Origin: Anthoceros angustus
Taxonomy: Eukaryota > Plantae > Anthocerotophyta
Direction of reading: 5' to 3'
Assembly: GCA_010909165.1 (NCBI GenBank)
Contig: VJWM01000063.1
Coordinates: forward strand, 744,001-808,000
Length of the DNA: 64,000 nt
The notes under the pieces are model-generated. The model was not told the origin of the DNA. It was given only the letters and a program-made list of their open reading frames with translations, and did no database searches. A program made the translations under genes and the position numbers. Shown in pieces: positions 1-11,909 of this stretch (the first letter of the stretch is position 1; every line of letters begins with the position of its first letter).

Positions 1-1275
1 CTCATCATCTTCAAGCCACACTCCATGCTCACACTTACTCTTGTAAGCATCTCGCCCATGTTCAACTCACCTATCCCGGCGTGAAGAGCTATTCCAAAAC
101 AAACTCACTTAACCCAGTGGCTCAAACTTTTGCGTTCCACAGCAAGCACCTATGCAGTGAAGATGCAATAGCTCATCATCCATGTGAACCTTTTCATCCT
201 AGCCATCAACCTGAGGGAGAGACACCAACTCAAGGAGTATCAACATAACGGTCATACGAAGATTGAGAGCTTACAACGCGATCAGGACTCTGCACCCTTG
301 GCTACGAGGAAGGAGACTAATTTCCATTCTGCTAACATGTCACGTCTGTGGGGGAGTATAGGAACATATAAACATCTCCTGTTAGCAGAGTCGTTAGCCA
401 GCATGGCAATTAGGGATACACACCGCTTGGAGGAAATTCACACCTCTTCACCAAGAGGCAGCATGCCGCATAAGACTGATTGTGTGCCCACTCTTAAGCT
501 TGAAAAACAATTTCTTCCTTCCATCTAAAAATTGATCCCGACATGTCTGATTTTACATATTTGGTGATACATTCGAAGAGCCCTTCTGAGATACCTACGA
601 GCTTGCAAAAATAGTTCTCCTCGTCAGTTGTCAACTCCACAACAACGACTCAATGTCTACCTTGCCTGAAAAAATTCATTGGCCTCAGAACTTTGTACTC
701 TACGCTTATCTTGGACAAGCTTCAAATTATGCTTATTTTAGGCAAGGTTATTGTACTTTTCTTAGGCAAGCTTCAAATTATTAGGATCCTAACTATGAAG
801 AGATTAGAAACACACGCCTCACAACTAGTACATCTCAAGTCAGAACACTTGCTTAGGCCTGCACTTCCCCCAATGACTTGAATTGAACATTTGCATTATT
901 TATTGAGCATCAAAGCCCATGTCCTCATCCTTTAGTAGCTGTGTAAAGGACTCGGGTTCTTGCTGCGTAGCTAGCAATATTCTCACCCACTTTCTCTTTC
1001 CTACACTTCAATTTCTCCTTTCAAAACATACATTTCATAGTTTTGATAAATAGTATATATGATATATTTTATCAGATTAAAAAACTTATTATGAGATATA
1101 ATGATCTAATTATTATTTAGAATATGTCATCATTCCAGCAATCATTTTTATTCAAGTGCTACATAAAGGTGACTCGCTACTTGCTGGGATGTCATACACT
1201 ATATTACAAAAAAATACTTGATGAAGATTTTTACTCTATCTAAAAATAATGTATATTTGAAAACACTAGTTTTCT

Positions 1276-2494
1276 CTACGAAATATGCTTTTTAGGACAA
1301 TTGGAACAAAAAAAATGTTCCAACCGTTCGATTTCCTCTAGTGTCATATGAATACATTTGGGGTGAAACCTGTGTGTACCTCAAGAGGTAAATAATGTTA
1401 CTTTCAAGAGAGAGGCGTGTTTCAAAAAGAGAATAAAAAGGTCACATTCTCTGCTATATAAAAATTTTATCAGTATTGAACAGCTATAACTTACCATTCT
1501 TTACATTGCTCACATTGTACCATCAAATCATCAGGATTGTATGGCATTTCACACTGACAAGTTCTGTAAAACAATGTGATTAGTAGTGCTGGAAAACAAT
1601 GTCATATCAAATGATACATAGAGGTGGAAAAACAATGCGATATCAAATGATAGATATAAGTCGGAACATGTTTTGTAAAGCAATGCAATCAGTGGTGCAG
1701 GAAAAAAATCGATATCAAATGATAGATATAGGTAAAAAATAATTCTTACACGGTCACAGTGTCTGGCATAAATGTTCTATCTTTGCATTTGTAATTAAAC
1801 CGACAGAAGAAATCGTCGAAGTTCGCCTCTTTTAGCTTTGAGTAGTTTTTTAATGTGTGGACTTTGCACTTGTCCTCAACGGTGGCTGCACTAGATGTTT
1901 GATAATGATCTGACAAGAACAATTCTTTTGCGCCATGAAAAGAGTGTCTTCCACTTTCCAAGTCTTCGGGACGATAGTACCATTGAACTTCCAGTAACAC
2001 ATTATCATTATTATGTTGAGCATTCGCAGGAGCTGTTATTTTTTCTATCCTTCCAATATATACTGGTGTTGTTACTTTTGGAGGTCGGAACATCACATCA
2101 TCTCCAGCTGCTCATAACAATAAATATACCATAAATGAAGCTTTTATTTTACTTTTAAAAATATATGTATAATAGATTTTTTAAACAGTAGATAGAAGAC
2201 ATTGAAAAATTGTGCTCAAATAAGCTCATCCAAGAACTAAACCCTCTTTCGATCTTGAATCTACACCCATTACCCATGCTTGAGAAATGAGCTAGCTACC
2301 CACGAATAGATGTAATTAAAGTATTTTTGAATTCATGTAACACACACTTCAGCTTCAATTTTAATGTAACTAAAGAAGTGAGAACAATGTTACCTACCTT
2401 TAATAATCTTATCCTCCTTGATAGGATATGTTTCTAAGGTGACTTCTTCACGTGCATTTTTCATAATAGTTTTCTTTGTTGAGTGCTTTCCCAT
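1276..2494 (-). CDS. BAH-PHD chromatin reader, EBS/SHL-like, copy 1 (4 exons: 2494-2398, 2107-1750, 1563-1495, 1369-1276)
   Basis: Spliced frame MGKHSTKK...KIIK|AGDDVMFRP...VQWYYRPE...FHGAKELFLSDH...PDTVT|VTCQCEMPYNPDDLMVQCEQCKE|WFHPKC...FCSNCPKKHIS*. All introns are GT-AG with consistent phases; the motifs match plant EBS/SHL. Confidence 0.9.
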
Positions 2495-2843
2495 AATATT
2501 AGGAAGAATGATAGCCAGTAGTTTTGAATATCTGATACAAGTGCCTCACTGTAAAATAATTTTGTACTCCTGCATAATCAAGAAATATTAGTTTTCAGAA
2601 AATATATCAAATTATATTTAAACAATAAAATAATATATATAATTTCATCCAAAGGAAGAAGATTATGTGGACCTCTAACATGCCATAGAAATGAATGGTG
2701 GATAAGTGTTCAAGCCAAGTCTATAAAATAAACGGAGAGAAGGGGACGTAAGGTTAAATAGGTAGTCTGCATGAGCCAACTTAAGAAGAATTTAAGCTAT
2801 TATTCCAAGAAGTTAATCGACAAAATTTCCGATCACGCTTCCG

Positions 2844-3660
2844 CTTCTCACACTGGAGCTGGAAAGTCGAGTCTTCAGAGTTCTATTTGCGCAGCTACTT
2901 TATTAGCTAAATTGTGGACTGATGGTGCCAGATAGTCTAGAGCAGCAGTCGTTCGCCACTGTGATGACATCGTGCTTCGTATGATTTCACATGACAGTCC
3001 AGCAGATGATGAAGTGCTTTTCAATTGAGATGGCAGAGCTCCCTAGCATTCTTGTGGAGGCGACGGGACAGAGCTTGGTTATGGCCGATGAGATGTGTGA
3101 AGGCACAGCAGTTCAAAAGGCGAACTTTCATAGCGGCTATTTGTGATTAAGCATCTCGACCACATTGGATGCATGGGTGTCGTTTCCATCCATTTACATG
3201 CCCCTCTGAGTCTTGAACTTAATGTAAAAGACGACGTGCGTCCGGAAAGCCATGGGAACTACGGTTGTGCAGGGTCAAGTGAGGCCTACTTGGAAACTTG
3301 TGGATGGAAGTTGGATGGAGATTCTAGGATTGGAGATAGCAAGGAAGGAGGGAGTTCTCGACAAGGCGATTGCCAGAGCCGGGGCATTGTTCGAAGAGCA
3401 GCAGCAGAAAAACTTTGGTACAGAAATTGCAAAGCCTGAGCAAAAACATGTGGAAAGGTAGCTTAGGTCCTTTGCAGCTCTTGATCCAGTCGAAAATTTC
3501 AAAGCTCTGCAGCACGCTCCATTCATGTACTTGACTGTGGAAAACGAGAGTGTGGCCCGGGAAATGGAAACCGTCTTAATTCATCGGCTGCCGCAACTGG
3601 GACTGACACTGGTGAACAAGGCAGATCAACACCACCGCCATTTTGGAACTGGTAGACGGC
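2844..3660 (+). pseudogene. MSH1: MSH1 (organellar MutS homolog 1) C-terminal fragment: ATPase domain plus end of the GIY-YIG region, frameshifted
   Basis: Across frameshifts: LLT..GAGKSSLQSSICAATLLA, CGLMVP, RMISHDSPAD, IEMAELPSILVEATGQSLVMADEMCEGT, GCMGVVSIHLH, KAMGTTVVQGQVRPTWKLVDG, and FMYLTVENESVAREMETVLIHRLPQLGLTLVNKADQHHRHFGT. These are collinear with the plant MSH1 C-terminal half. Several frameshifts and stops. Confidence 0.85.
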
Positions 3661-4090
3661 TCGTTTTGCCCTGCATTCTCTGCACTTTCTTTGCAGATCT
3701 TCTCTTTCTTCCTTCTCTTTTCTGTCTGGTGATGAAGATGATAGATGAGTGAGAACAATGGAGCCGTCCAGGATACGCGGTTTGCATCAAACTGTCTGCC
3801 ATCTGGAGGTGGAGGTCCGGTCCCTGAAACGTGTTTTAAGTAAAGCATTTTGGGCTCCTCCCCGTAACACGAGCCGAAGACGTCACTAATTATTTGAGGC
3901 AGCAGCAGCTTAAGACTCCCTGTGTTATTCCAAATGGCCAGCAAATTGCCCTAAAATTTACAACGCGGAGCGCGGAGAGCCATGTACGGAAAGGGGAGAG
4001 TTATGAAGCCGTGGCGTGAAAATGTTGGATTTTTAGGGAAATCTTCCTTACATTAATTAATTTTTTTGTACGCCGTAGACGATCAGCTCC

Positions 4091-4163
4091 GGCCGCGTGG
4101 CCCAATGGATAAGGCGCTGGTCTACGAAACCAGAGATTCTGGGTTCGATCCCCAGCGTGGTCG
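4091..4163 (+). tRNA. tRNA-Arg (anticodon ACG)
   Basis: GGCCGCG/CGTGGTC acceptor stem, D-arm TGGCCCAATGGATAAGGC, anticodon arm CTGGT-CTACGAA-ACCAG, GGGTTCGATCCC T-arm; T-tracts downstream. Confidence 0.96.
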
Positions 4164-4261
4164 GCTCGCGCAGGTGAATTTTCAGCGCAAGTGCATTTTT
4201 TATAGTCCATTCAACTTTGGAATTTTTCTGCACACAGCAGTAGTTGAGATGCCAATGGCTG

Positions 4262-5095
4262 GGCTAGGTATGTGTGTCGGGCCCCCGGAGTAAGTTGCCC
4301 GGGAATGGTGGGCTAGTGGATGTGGGCTAGGTATGTGTGTCGTGCCCCGGGCTAGTACAAGTTGTTAAGTACCAAGTCCCATGACGGAAATCCGTCCTTA
4401 GTGGACTTAAATAAAATTCTTCTTCTTCTTCTTCTAGTGGATGTGGGCTAGGTATGTGTGTCGTGATCCGTCCTTAGTGGACTTAAATAAAATTCTTCTT
4501 CTTCTTCTTCTAGTGGATGTGGGCTAGGTATGTGTGTCGTGCCCCGGAGTAAGTTGCCTGGGATAGTTACTTCATGAGTCCATGACGTGCCCCGGAGTAA
4601 GTTGCCTGGGATAGTTACTCCATGAGTCCATGACGTGCCCCGGAGTAAGTTGCCTGGGATAGTTACTCCATGAGTCCATGAGTATGGAGTAAGTTGCCTG
4701 GGATAGTTTACTCCATGACCAAGCAAGTTGCCCAGAGAAGAAGAAGAATTTTATTTAAGTCAGAAATTTATTTAAGTCTAATTTTATTTAAGTCAGAAAT
4801 TTATTTAAATCCAATTTTATTTAAGTCATAAATTTATTTAAGTCTAATTTTATTCATAAATTTATTTAATTCCAATTTTATTTAAGTCAAAAAATTATTT
4901 AAGTCCATTAACAATAAGATTTCTATCATGGGACTTGGTACTTAACAACTTGTACCACATGGTGTGCCTAGCTACTTGCACCAAGGGCATCTATTTTCTT
5001 TAGGCACCCCATCTAAGTAAGAAGAATTTTATTGAAGTCCACTAAGGACGGATTTCCATTATGGGACTTGGGACTTGGTACTTAACAACTTGTAC
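4262..5095. repeat. Foldback/MITE-like composite repeat: ~75 bp inverted arms enclosing a 48-bp tandem array and AT-rich ATTTATTTAAGTC repeats
   Basis: 4355-4425 is the reverse complement of ~5019-5095, and its outer ~30 bp also match 4926-4955. A 48-bp unit (GTGCCCCGGAGTAAGTTGCCTGGGATAG...) occurs ~3.7 times at 4539-4718. GGGCTAGGTATGTGTGTCG occurs 4 times. Confidence 0.7.
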
Positions 5096-5285
5096 CATGG
5101 TGTGCCTAAGCTACATGCACCAAAGGACATCCATTCCCTTTAGGTAAAGTACCGATCTAAGCGCAGGATGCTTAATAAGCACGTTCTTATAAATGTGTGT
5201 TCATTTAGCCTAAGCTATTTAAGGAACCGAGCCCCATTCGGTTCTCATTCATGCCGCCATGGATGTCCTTAGTGCACTTACAATA

Positions 5286-5580
5286 AATCTATTTGTTTGT
5301 TTGTTCTTTTACTTTATGTACATCGTCTCACAAACACCTTGTCTGTTGCCTTGTTTGTTTGTTTGTTTGTCTCACAAACACCTTGTCTGTTGCCTTGTTT
5401 GTTTGTTTGTTTGTCTCACAAACACCTTGTCTGTTGCCTTGTTTGTTTGTTTGTTTGTCTCACAAACACCTTGTCTGTTGCCTTGTTTGTTTGTTTGTTT
5501 GTTTGTTTGTTTGTTTGTTTGTTTGTTTGTTTGTTTGTTTGTTCTTCTACTCTATGTACATCGTCTAACAAACACCTTGT
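5286..5580. repeat. Minisatellite (~44 bp GTCTCACAAACACCTTGTCTGTTGCCTT+GTTT) with an expanded (GTTT)n microsatellite
   Basis: Directly visible tandem units; the overlapping LFVC-repeat ORFs are artefacts of it. Confidence 0.9.
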
Positions 5581-5959
5581 CCGTTGCTTTGGACATACTC
5601 TAGTAAGAAAGAAAAGTGTAAGCTGAAGGACTTAACTCTCTTACTAATTTGCACACTGCTAGAATGTTAGGACTCAAAACTTAGAGCATGTTTTTGTTTC
5701 TCAAGCTTCTGGTCCTTGCTCAGCAATCATATCCCTAGGAATTGGGGATCTTGACCCTTTTTTGTATCTTTTTTTTCTTGTCCCTTGCACAATCACTAAC
5801 ACTTTGGAGGTTGCGTCTAGCCCCGTCATTTGCTCACTTTCAATAGACATTAAGGAAGGAGAAGAAGAAAAATTCTATTATAATCTACACCGTACAAACA
5901 CAATTAGGTCCGAATATGTAGTATCCGTGAAGAAACGCAGCCCATTAGAAGTTAGAATG

Positions 5960-6500
5960 TATAATCTTTCAATTTATTTATTTTTTACTTTCTATTTTAA
6001 AATGATTGGATGTACCTTTGAATCTGAAAGATTTCAAAGTTTTATATTTTTATCACATTTTACATCAAGATGTTTGAAATGTATAGGTATAAGGAAAGCG
6101 AAAAGAAATAAATTTTAGTGGCTACAAGACATTGAAAAACTTATTTTCGGGATAAAACCATTCGAGGAAGAACTAAACTTCCTATCAATTCTAAATATAC
6201 ATGTGGAATGAGCTAGTTTGCCTTTGGATTCATGTATTCAAAGTATTCTTGAATTGATGTTACATAACATGTGTCCGCCTATCATTTTTTAATAGCATAG
6301 GTTAGCAAGTAGAATGAACTAGATGCCTTTGGATAATTGTATTCTTAAATAATGTAACATGGCATGCTTACACTTCAATATAGCAATATAAGCAACGGTT
6401 GAGAACAACGCACCTTTGATGATCTTATCCTCTGTGATGGTATATCTTCCTAAGATTATTGCTCAAAGCTTTTTTCTCTTAATAAAAAGAAAACTCATAG
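5960..6500 (-). pseudogene. EBS/SHL-like remnant (exon 1 and intron 1 homolog), copy 2a
   Basis: Reverse strand ...ACAGAGGATAAGATCATCAAAG|gtgcgt matches exon 1 and the donor of the intact copies, but has an in-frame TGA. Intron 1 is homologous; no recognisable BAH exon follows. Confidence 0.7.
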
Positions 6501-6897
6501 TTGGTAGTTTCAGCTCTAGAATACAAATGACCTCCTACATAATGCTTTTTCACACATGTACAATCAAGTTTCAAAAAATAGGCATAAACATGTAAAAATA
6601 AATACACGACGAGTGTTCAAGCCAAGATGAACAGGACAAGGGGACCTAAAGTTATACATGTATGCAACATGAGTATTATTATTAGAAGACCGAGAATCTC
6701 GCATAAAAGGCCTCAAGGGAGGTCGGCCTAGATATTGGGCGATGACAAAACAAAAAACAAAAAGAAAGAAAGAATGAGACCCAATTGGTGCACTCTTCCT
6801 ATGACTATTCTATCATGTAGTATCCAAAGAGCAACCTTCAAAGAAGTTAAACTATTAATCCAAGAAGCTAGTCTAAACTCAAGTTTCCCGAGCACGT

Positions 6898-7400
6898 GCA
6901 AAGTCGAGACATCTATTCGCACAACTACATTATTGGCTAATTATGCGCTGATGGTGCTAGCTAGAGCTGCATTTCCTCACTATGATGCTGTCATGTTTCG
7001 CATGATTTCACAGGTTAGTCCAGCAGATGCTAAAAGTGCTTTTCCCATAGAGATGTCATAGCTCCGTAGGATTCTTGTGGAGGCAACGGGACATAGCTCA
7101 ATGTGGCAAATGAGATATGTTAAATGGAACTTTGATAGCAGCTAGTGTGATTGAGCATCTCGAAAACATTGGATGCATGGGTGTCCTTTCCACCCATTGA
7201 CATGGCCTCTCCAGATCTTCAACTCAATGTAAATGACGTCGTGCGGAAAGCCATGGGAACTCCAGTCATGCAGGGTCAAGTGAGGTGATTGCCAAAGCCA
7301 AGGCATTGTTCAAAGAGCAGTAGCAGAAGCAATTTGGTGCAGAAATTGCAAAGCGTGTGCATTAACATATGGAAAGTTTGCTTAGGTCCTTTGTAGCTCA
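6898..7400 (+). pseudogene. MSH1: MSH1 ATPase fragment, copy 2a
   Basis: KVETSIRTTTLLANYALMVLARAAFPHYDAVMFRMISQVSPADAKSAFPIEMS, then GCMGVLSTH and KAMGT, homologous to 2844-3480. Confidence 0.75.
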
Positions 7401-7864
7401 TAATTCAGTAGAGACCTAGAATCTTGTGGGAACCAGGATCACAGGAAACAGCCTTGGCCAAGACTTGGCCAATAGCAGCTCTCACAGCTTAGCGGAAATG
7501 GATCGGGAGACACAGGTAAGCTTGTTACCAGTAGGCTTGGATAATGAACAATATGGTTGCTCAATGCTCAAAGGGGAATTCCGTAAGATTATATTCTCAG
7601 CAGGCGCATGTTCTAGATCCCATTAGAAGGTTCAAAGATTTCTCACAATAGATAACGTGCAAGAGACCCTTTTTGTATCTTTTTTCTTGTCCTTGCACAA
7701 TCACTAACACTTTGGAGGTTGCGCTCAGCCCCGCCATTTGCTCACTTTCAATAGACATTAAGGAAGGAGAAGAAGAAAAATTCTATTATAATCTACACCG
7801 TACAAAACACAATTAGGTCCGAATATGTAGTATCCGTGAAGAAAGCAGCATTAGAAGTTAGAAT

Positions 7865-8400
7865 GTATAATCTTTCAATTTATTTATTTTTACTTTCATT
7901 TTTAAAATGATTGGATGTACCTTTGAATCGAAAGATTTCAAAGTTTTATATTTTTATCACATTTTACATCAAGATGTTTGAAATGTATAGGTATAAGGAA
8001 AGCGAAAAGAAATAAAATTTTAGTGGCTACAAGACATTGAAAACTTATTTCGGGATAAAACCATTCGAGGAAGAACTAAACTTCCTATCAATTCTAAATA
8101 TACATGTGGAATGAGCTAGTTTGCCTTTGGATTCATGTATTCAAAGTATTCTTGAATTGATGTTACATAACATGTGTCCGCCTATCATTTTTAATAGCAT
8201 AGGTTAGCAAGTAGAATGAACTAGATGCCTTTGGATAATTGTATTCTTAAATAATGTAACATGGCATGCTTACACTTCAATATAGCAATATAAGCAACGT
8301 TGAGAACAACGCACCTTTGATGATCTTATCCTCTGATGGTATATCTTCCTAAGATTATTGCTCAAAGCTTTTTCTCTTAATAAAAGAAAACTCATAGTTG
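7865..8400 (-). pseudogene. EBS/SHL-like remnant, copy 2b (duplicate of 2a)
   Basis: Lies within duplication 1; same exon-1/intron-1 remnant. Confidence 0.65.
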
Positions 8401-8808
8401 GTAGTTTCAGCTCTAGAATACAAATGACCTCCTACATAATGCTTTTTCACACATGTACAATCAAGTTTCAAAAAATAGGCATAAACATGTAAAAATAAAT
8501 ACACGACGAGTGTTCAAGCCAAGATGAACAGGACAAGGGGACCTAAAGTTATACATGTATGCAACATGAGTATTATTATTAGAAGACCGAGAATCTCGCA
8601 TAAAAGGCCTCGCTCAAGGGAGGTCGGCGCGCCTAGATATTGGGCGATGACAAAAACAAAAAAAAAACAAAAAAGAAAGAAAGAATGAGACCCAATTGGT
8701 GCACTCTTCCTATGACTATTCTATCATGTAGTATCCAAAGAGCAACCTTCAAAGAAGTTAAACTATTAATCCAAGAAGCTAGTCTAAACTCAAGTTTCCC
8801 GAGCACGT

Positions 8809-9290
8809 GCAAAGTCGAGACATCTATTCGCACAACTACATTATTGGCTAATTATGCGATGGTGCTAGCTAGAGCATTTCCTCACTATGATGTCATGTTT
8901 CGCATGATTTCAGTTAGTCCAAATAGATGCTAAAAGTGCTTTTCCCATAGAGATGTCATAGCTCCGTAGGATTCTTGTGGAGGCAACGGGACATAGCTCA
9001 ATGTGGCAAATGAGATATGTTAAATGGAACTTTGATAGCAGCTAGTGTGATTGAGCATCTCGAAAACATTGGATGCATGGGTGTCCTTTCCACCCATTGA
9101 CATGGCCTCTCCAGATCTTCAACTCAATGTAAATGACGCCGTATGAAAGCCATGGGAACTCCAAATATGCGGTCAAGTGAGGTGATTGCCAAAGCCAAGG
9201 CATTGTTCAAAGAGCGTGCGACAATTTGGTGCAGAAATTGCAAAGCGTGTGCATTAACATATGGAAAGTTTGCTTAGGTCCTTTGTAGCT
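8809..9290 (+). pseudogene. MSH1: MSH1 ATPase fragment, copy 2b
   Basis: Duplicate of 6898-7400 with extra small deletions. Confidence 0.7.
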
Positions 9291-9653
9291 CATAATTCAG
9301 TAGAGACCTAGAATCTTGTGGGAACCAGGATCACAGGAAACAGCCTTGGCCAAGACTTGGCCAATAGCAGCTCTCACAGCTTAGCGGAAATGGATCGGGA
9401 GACACAGGTAAGCTTGTTACCAGTAGGCTTGGATAATGAACAATATGGTTGCTCAATGCTCAAAGGGGAATTCCGTAAGATTATATTCTCAGCAGGCGCA
9501 TGTTCTAGATCCCATTAGAAGGTTCAAAGATTTCTCACAATAGATAACGTGCAAGAGACTGTTGAAGCCACTTGCTTGAGTAAGCTGGAAGAACTCAGCC
9601 CACAAGATTCATGCTCGAAGTGTAGACTGCTTCGGGCTTGCCAAAGGCCCTTG

Positions 9654-9751
9654 CCAGACACAACTAGAAACTCGTGCGTGGATATGCAGCTTAGGCCAGA
9701 TGCCAGACACAACTAGACACTCGTGCGTGTATATGCTGCTTAGACCAGATG
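9654..9751. repeat. 49-bp direct repeat x2
   Basis: CCAGACACAACTAGA(A/C)ACTCGTGCGTG...CCAGATG occurs twice. Confidence 0.85.
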
Positions 9752-10334
9752 GGAAGTTCTATCAAGGTTCTATCAAGGTCAAGCCATTCAAAGTCATCTA
9801 GTTATGGTTTGGTATGAGGTATTGGAAGAAATGGAGTATAGATTTTGTCAAGAACCCTTGATCCTAAGCTTATAAAGCTTTACTTCCTTCCACAACTTTA
9901 GGTACAAGATTATCAAAAAGCTCCATAATTGAAAGGCTTTAGATTCCTCCACAATAGAAAAGCTTTTGAATCCTCCACAATAGCAAATTTGTTAAACATC
10001 TTTGTAATACATGAACAAACTCAACAAGACATGTGTAAGGAGCAGTACAAATCCAAAACAGCAAAATACACAAGACAAATATTTATCTATTTACCATACT
10101 CATAAACTAAATAAAATTTGGTAAACTACTAGGTAAGTAAGAAATGTATTTAGAACACATGAAACATTTCCCTTTCCAAAAGAAGGCATTGTACTAAACA
10201 TTGGCCATACAAGTCAAGTTGAGTTTACTCGGAACATCAAATCAATAGTTTATAAAAGTAAATGATGATTACTTTTTATTGTTTAAATATTATATCTAAA
10301 TTATACTTGAAAACACTAATCCTATCTACAAGGT

Positions 10335-11439
10335 TTACAAATAAGGACAGTCGGGACAAGAAAACTGTTGCAAGCTAGTGATCTTCTCTGGAGTAGTATG
10401 AATGCACTTGGGGTGAAACCTGTATAAGGCTCAAAAGGTAAGCCACGTACGTTGAAGAGTGTGACATGTTTTAAAAGTAGAATCTAAAAATTTTATAAAT
10501 ATAATAGCATATCATTGTATGGCATTGGTAATGAACAAGTAGAGCTTACCAATCTTTACATTGCCAACATTGCACCATCAAATCATCAGGGTTGTATGGC
10601 ATTTCACATTTACAATATCTGTAAAACAATGAGATTAGTAGTGCTAAAAAAAGAACGTGAGCTCCAATGACACATATAGATTAAAACTACGTGAGCTCCA
10701 ATGACACATAAAGATTAAAACTCATTCTTACACTGCCACACGGTCTGGCGTAAATGTTCCAGCTGCCGCTTTGTATTCAAATCGACAAAAAAAATCATCA
10801 GGGCCCTCGTGCTTTAGCTGAGTGTAGTCTCTAAATGTGTGAACTTTGCACTTGTTCTCAACAGCCGCTGGACTGCATTCGTCATAATGATCTGACAAGA
10901 ACAATTCTCTGGAGCCGTGAAATTGACGCCTTCCACCATGAGACTCTTCTGGACGATAGTACCATCGAACTTTCAAAATAACATTATCCAGAGCATCCAC
11001 TTCTATTCGTTCTATCCTTGCTATGTAAACTGGGATTGTTGAATCCGGAGGTTGTAGTGTCACACAGTCCCCAGCTGCAACAATAAATAATCAATAAAAA
11101 GCTTTTATTTTACTTTTAAAAATAACTATGTTTGAAAATGAGGAAAAGACATAAAGTTTAGAAGCTCAAAGACATTGAAAACGTTTTGCTCAAGATAGGA
11201 CAGCTCAAGGTAATACTCAACCTCCTTTCAATCTTGAATCTGCATCCATTACCTTTGCTTGAGAAATGAGGTAGCTGCCGGTGAATAGATGTATCAATGT
11301 ATTCTTGAATTCATGTAACATATGCTTCCGGTTCTATACAACAATGTAACCAAAGAAGTGAGAACAACGCACCTTTGATGATCTTATCCTTCTTGACAGC
11401 ATATGTTTCCAAGATTACATTTCCACGTTTCTTTCCCAT
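10335..11439 (-). CDS. BAH-PHD chromatin reader, EBS/SHL-like, copy 3 (187 aa; exons 11439-11373, 11074-10732, 10618-10550, 10419-10335)
   Basis: MGKKRGNVILETYAVKKDKIIK|AGDCVTLQP...VRWYYRPEESHGGRRQFHGSRELFLSDH...FTPDRVA|VYCKCEMPYNPDDLMVQCWQCKD|WFHPKC...CPDCPYL*. GT-AG introns with consistent phases. Confidence 0.93.
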
Positions 11440-11909
11440 GATAGTAGGAAGAATGATAGCTATGGAGTTGAGGATACAAGTTGCTCACTTCAAAATGCTT
11501 TTGCACACCTGCATAATCAAGAAAGATTAGCTTCAAGAAAGACTAGTTTCAAGAAATATATACTCTAAGTAATAATAAATTAAATATTATCTAGGTATAT
11601 GCAACTTTGGCATCCTAGAAGAGAAAGCTTACATGGGCGTGTAACATGACGGTGGAGGAATGAATACATGGTGAGTGTTCAAGCCAAGGACCAAGGCTGT
11701 AAAATGAAGGGAAAGAAGGGGAGCTAAAATTAAATCGGTAGTATGCATTAGCGAACTTAAAAGAAGTTGAACTGTTAATCCAAGATGTTAATCTAAACTC
11801 AAATTTTTTTATCGCGCTTCCGTAAGCCAGGAAGGGCAGTTACGGAAGGCACCCACCAGCATGAAGGAGTCTGCCATGACTGGCAGATGGTGGCGTCGGG
11901 TAGAGAAAA

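Larger units (their letters stand above)
5753..9559. repeat. Head-to-tail duplication 1 (~1.9 kb unit; 5753-7668 / 7669-9559)
   Basis: Near-identical sequence differing mainly by 1-3 nt indels; junction microhomology GAC. Confidence 0.92.

Noticed and set aside
184-900. Short ORFs at the window start
   Set aside because: No recognisable motif in any frame; possibly decayed coding sequence.
4539-4718. 48-bp array as a possible CRISPR
   Set aside because: Units are contiguous with no unique spacers; eukaryotic context and no cas genes.
5259-5626. Three overlapping hydrophobic LFVC-repeat ORFs
   Set aside because: Translations of the GTTT micro/minisatellite, not genes.
7420-7660. Possible LRR-like remnant on the minus strand (NNLTEFP, GNKLT), repeated at 9310-9620
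   Set aside because: Motifs are too short and broken to support a call.
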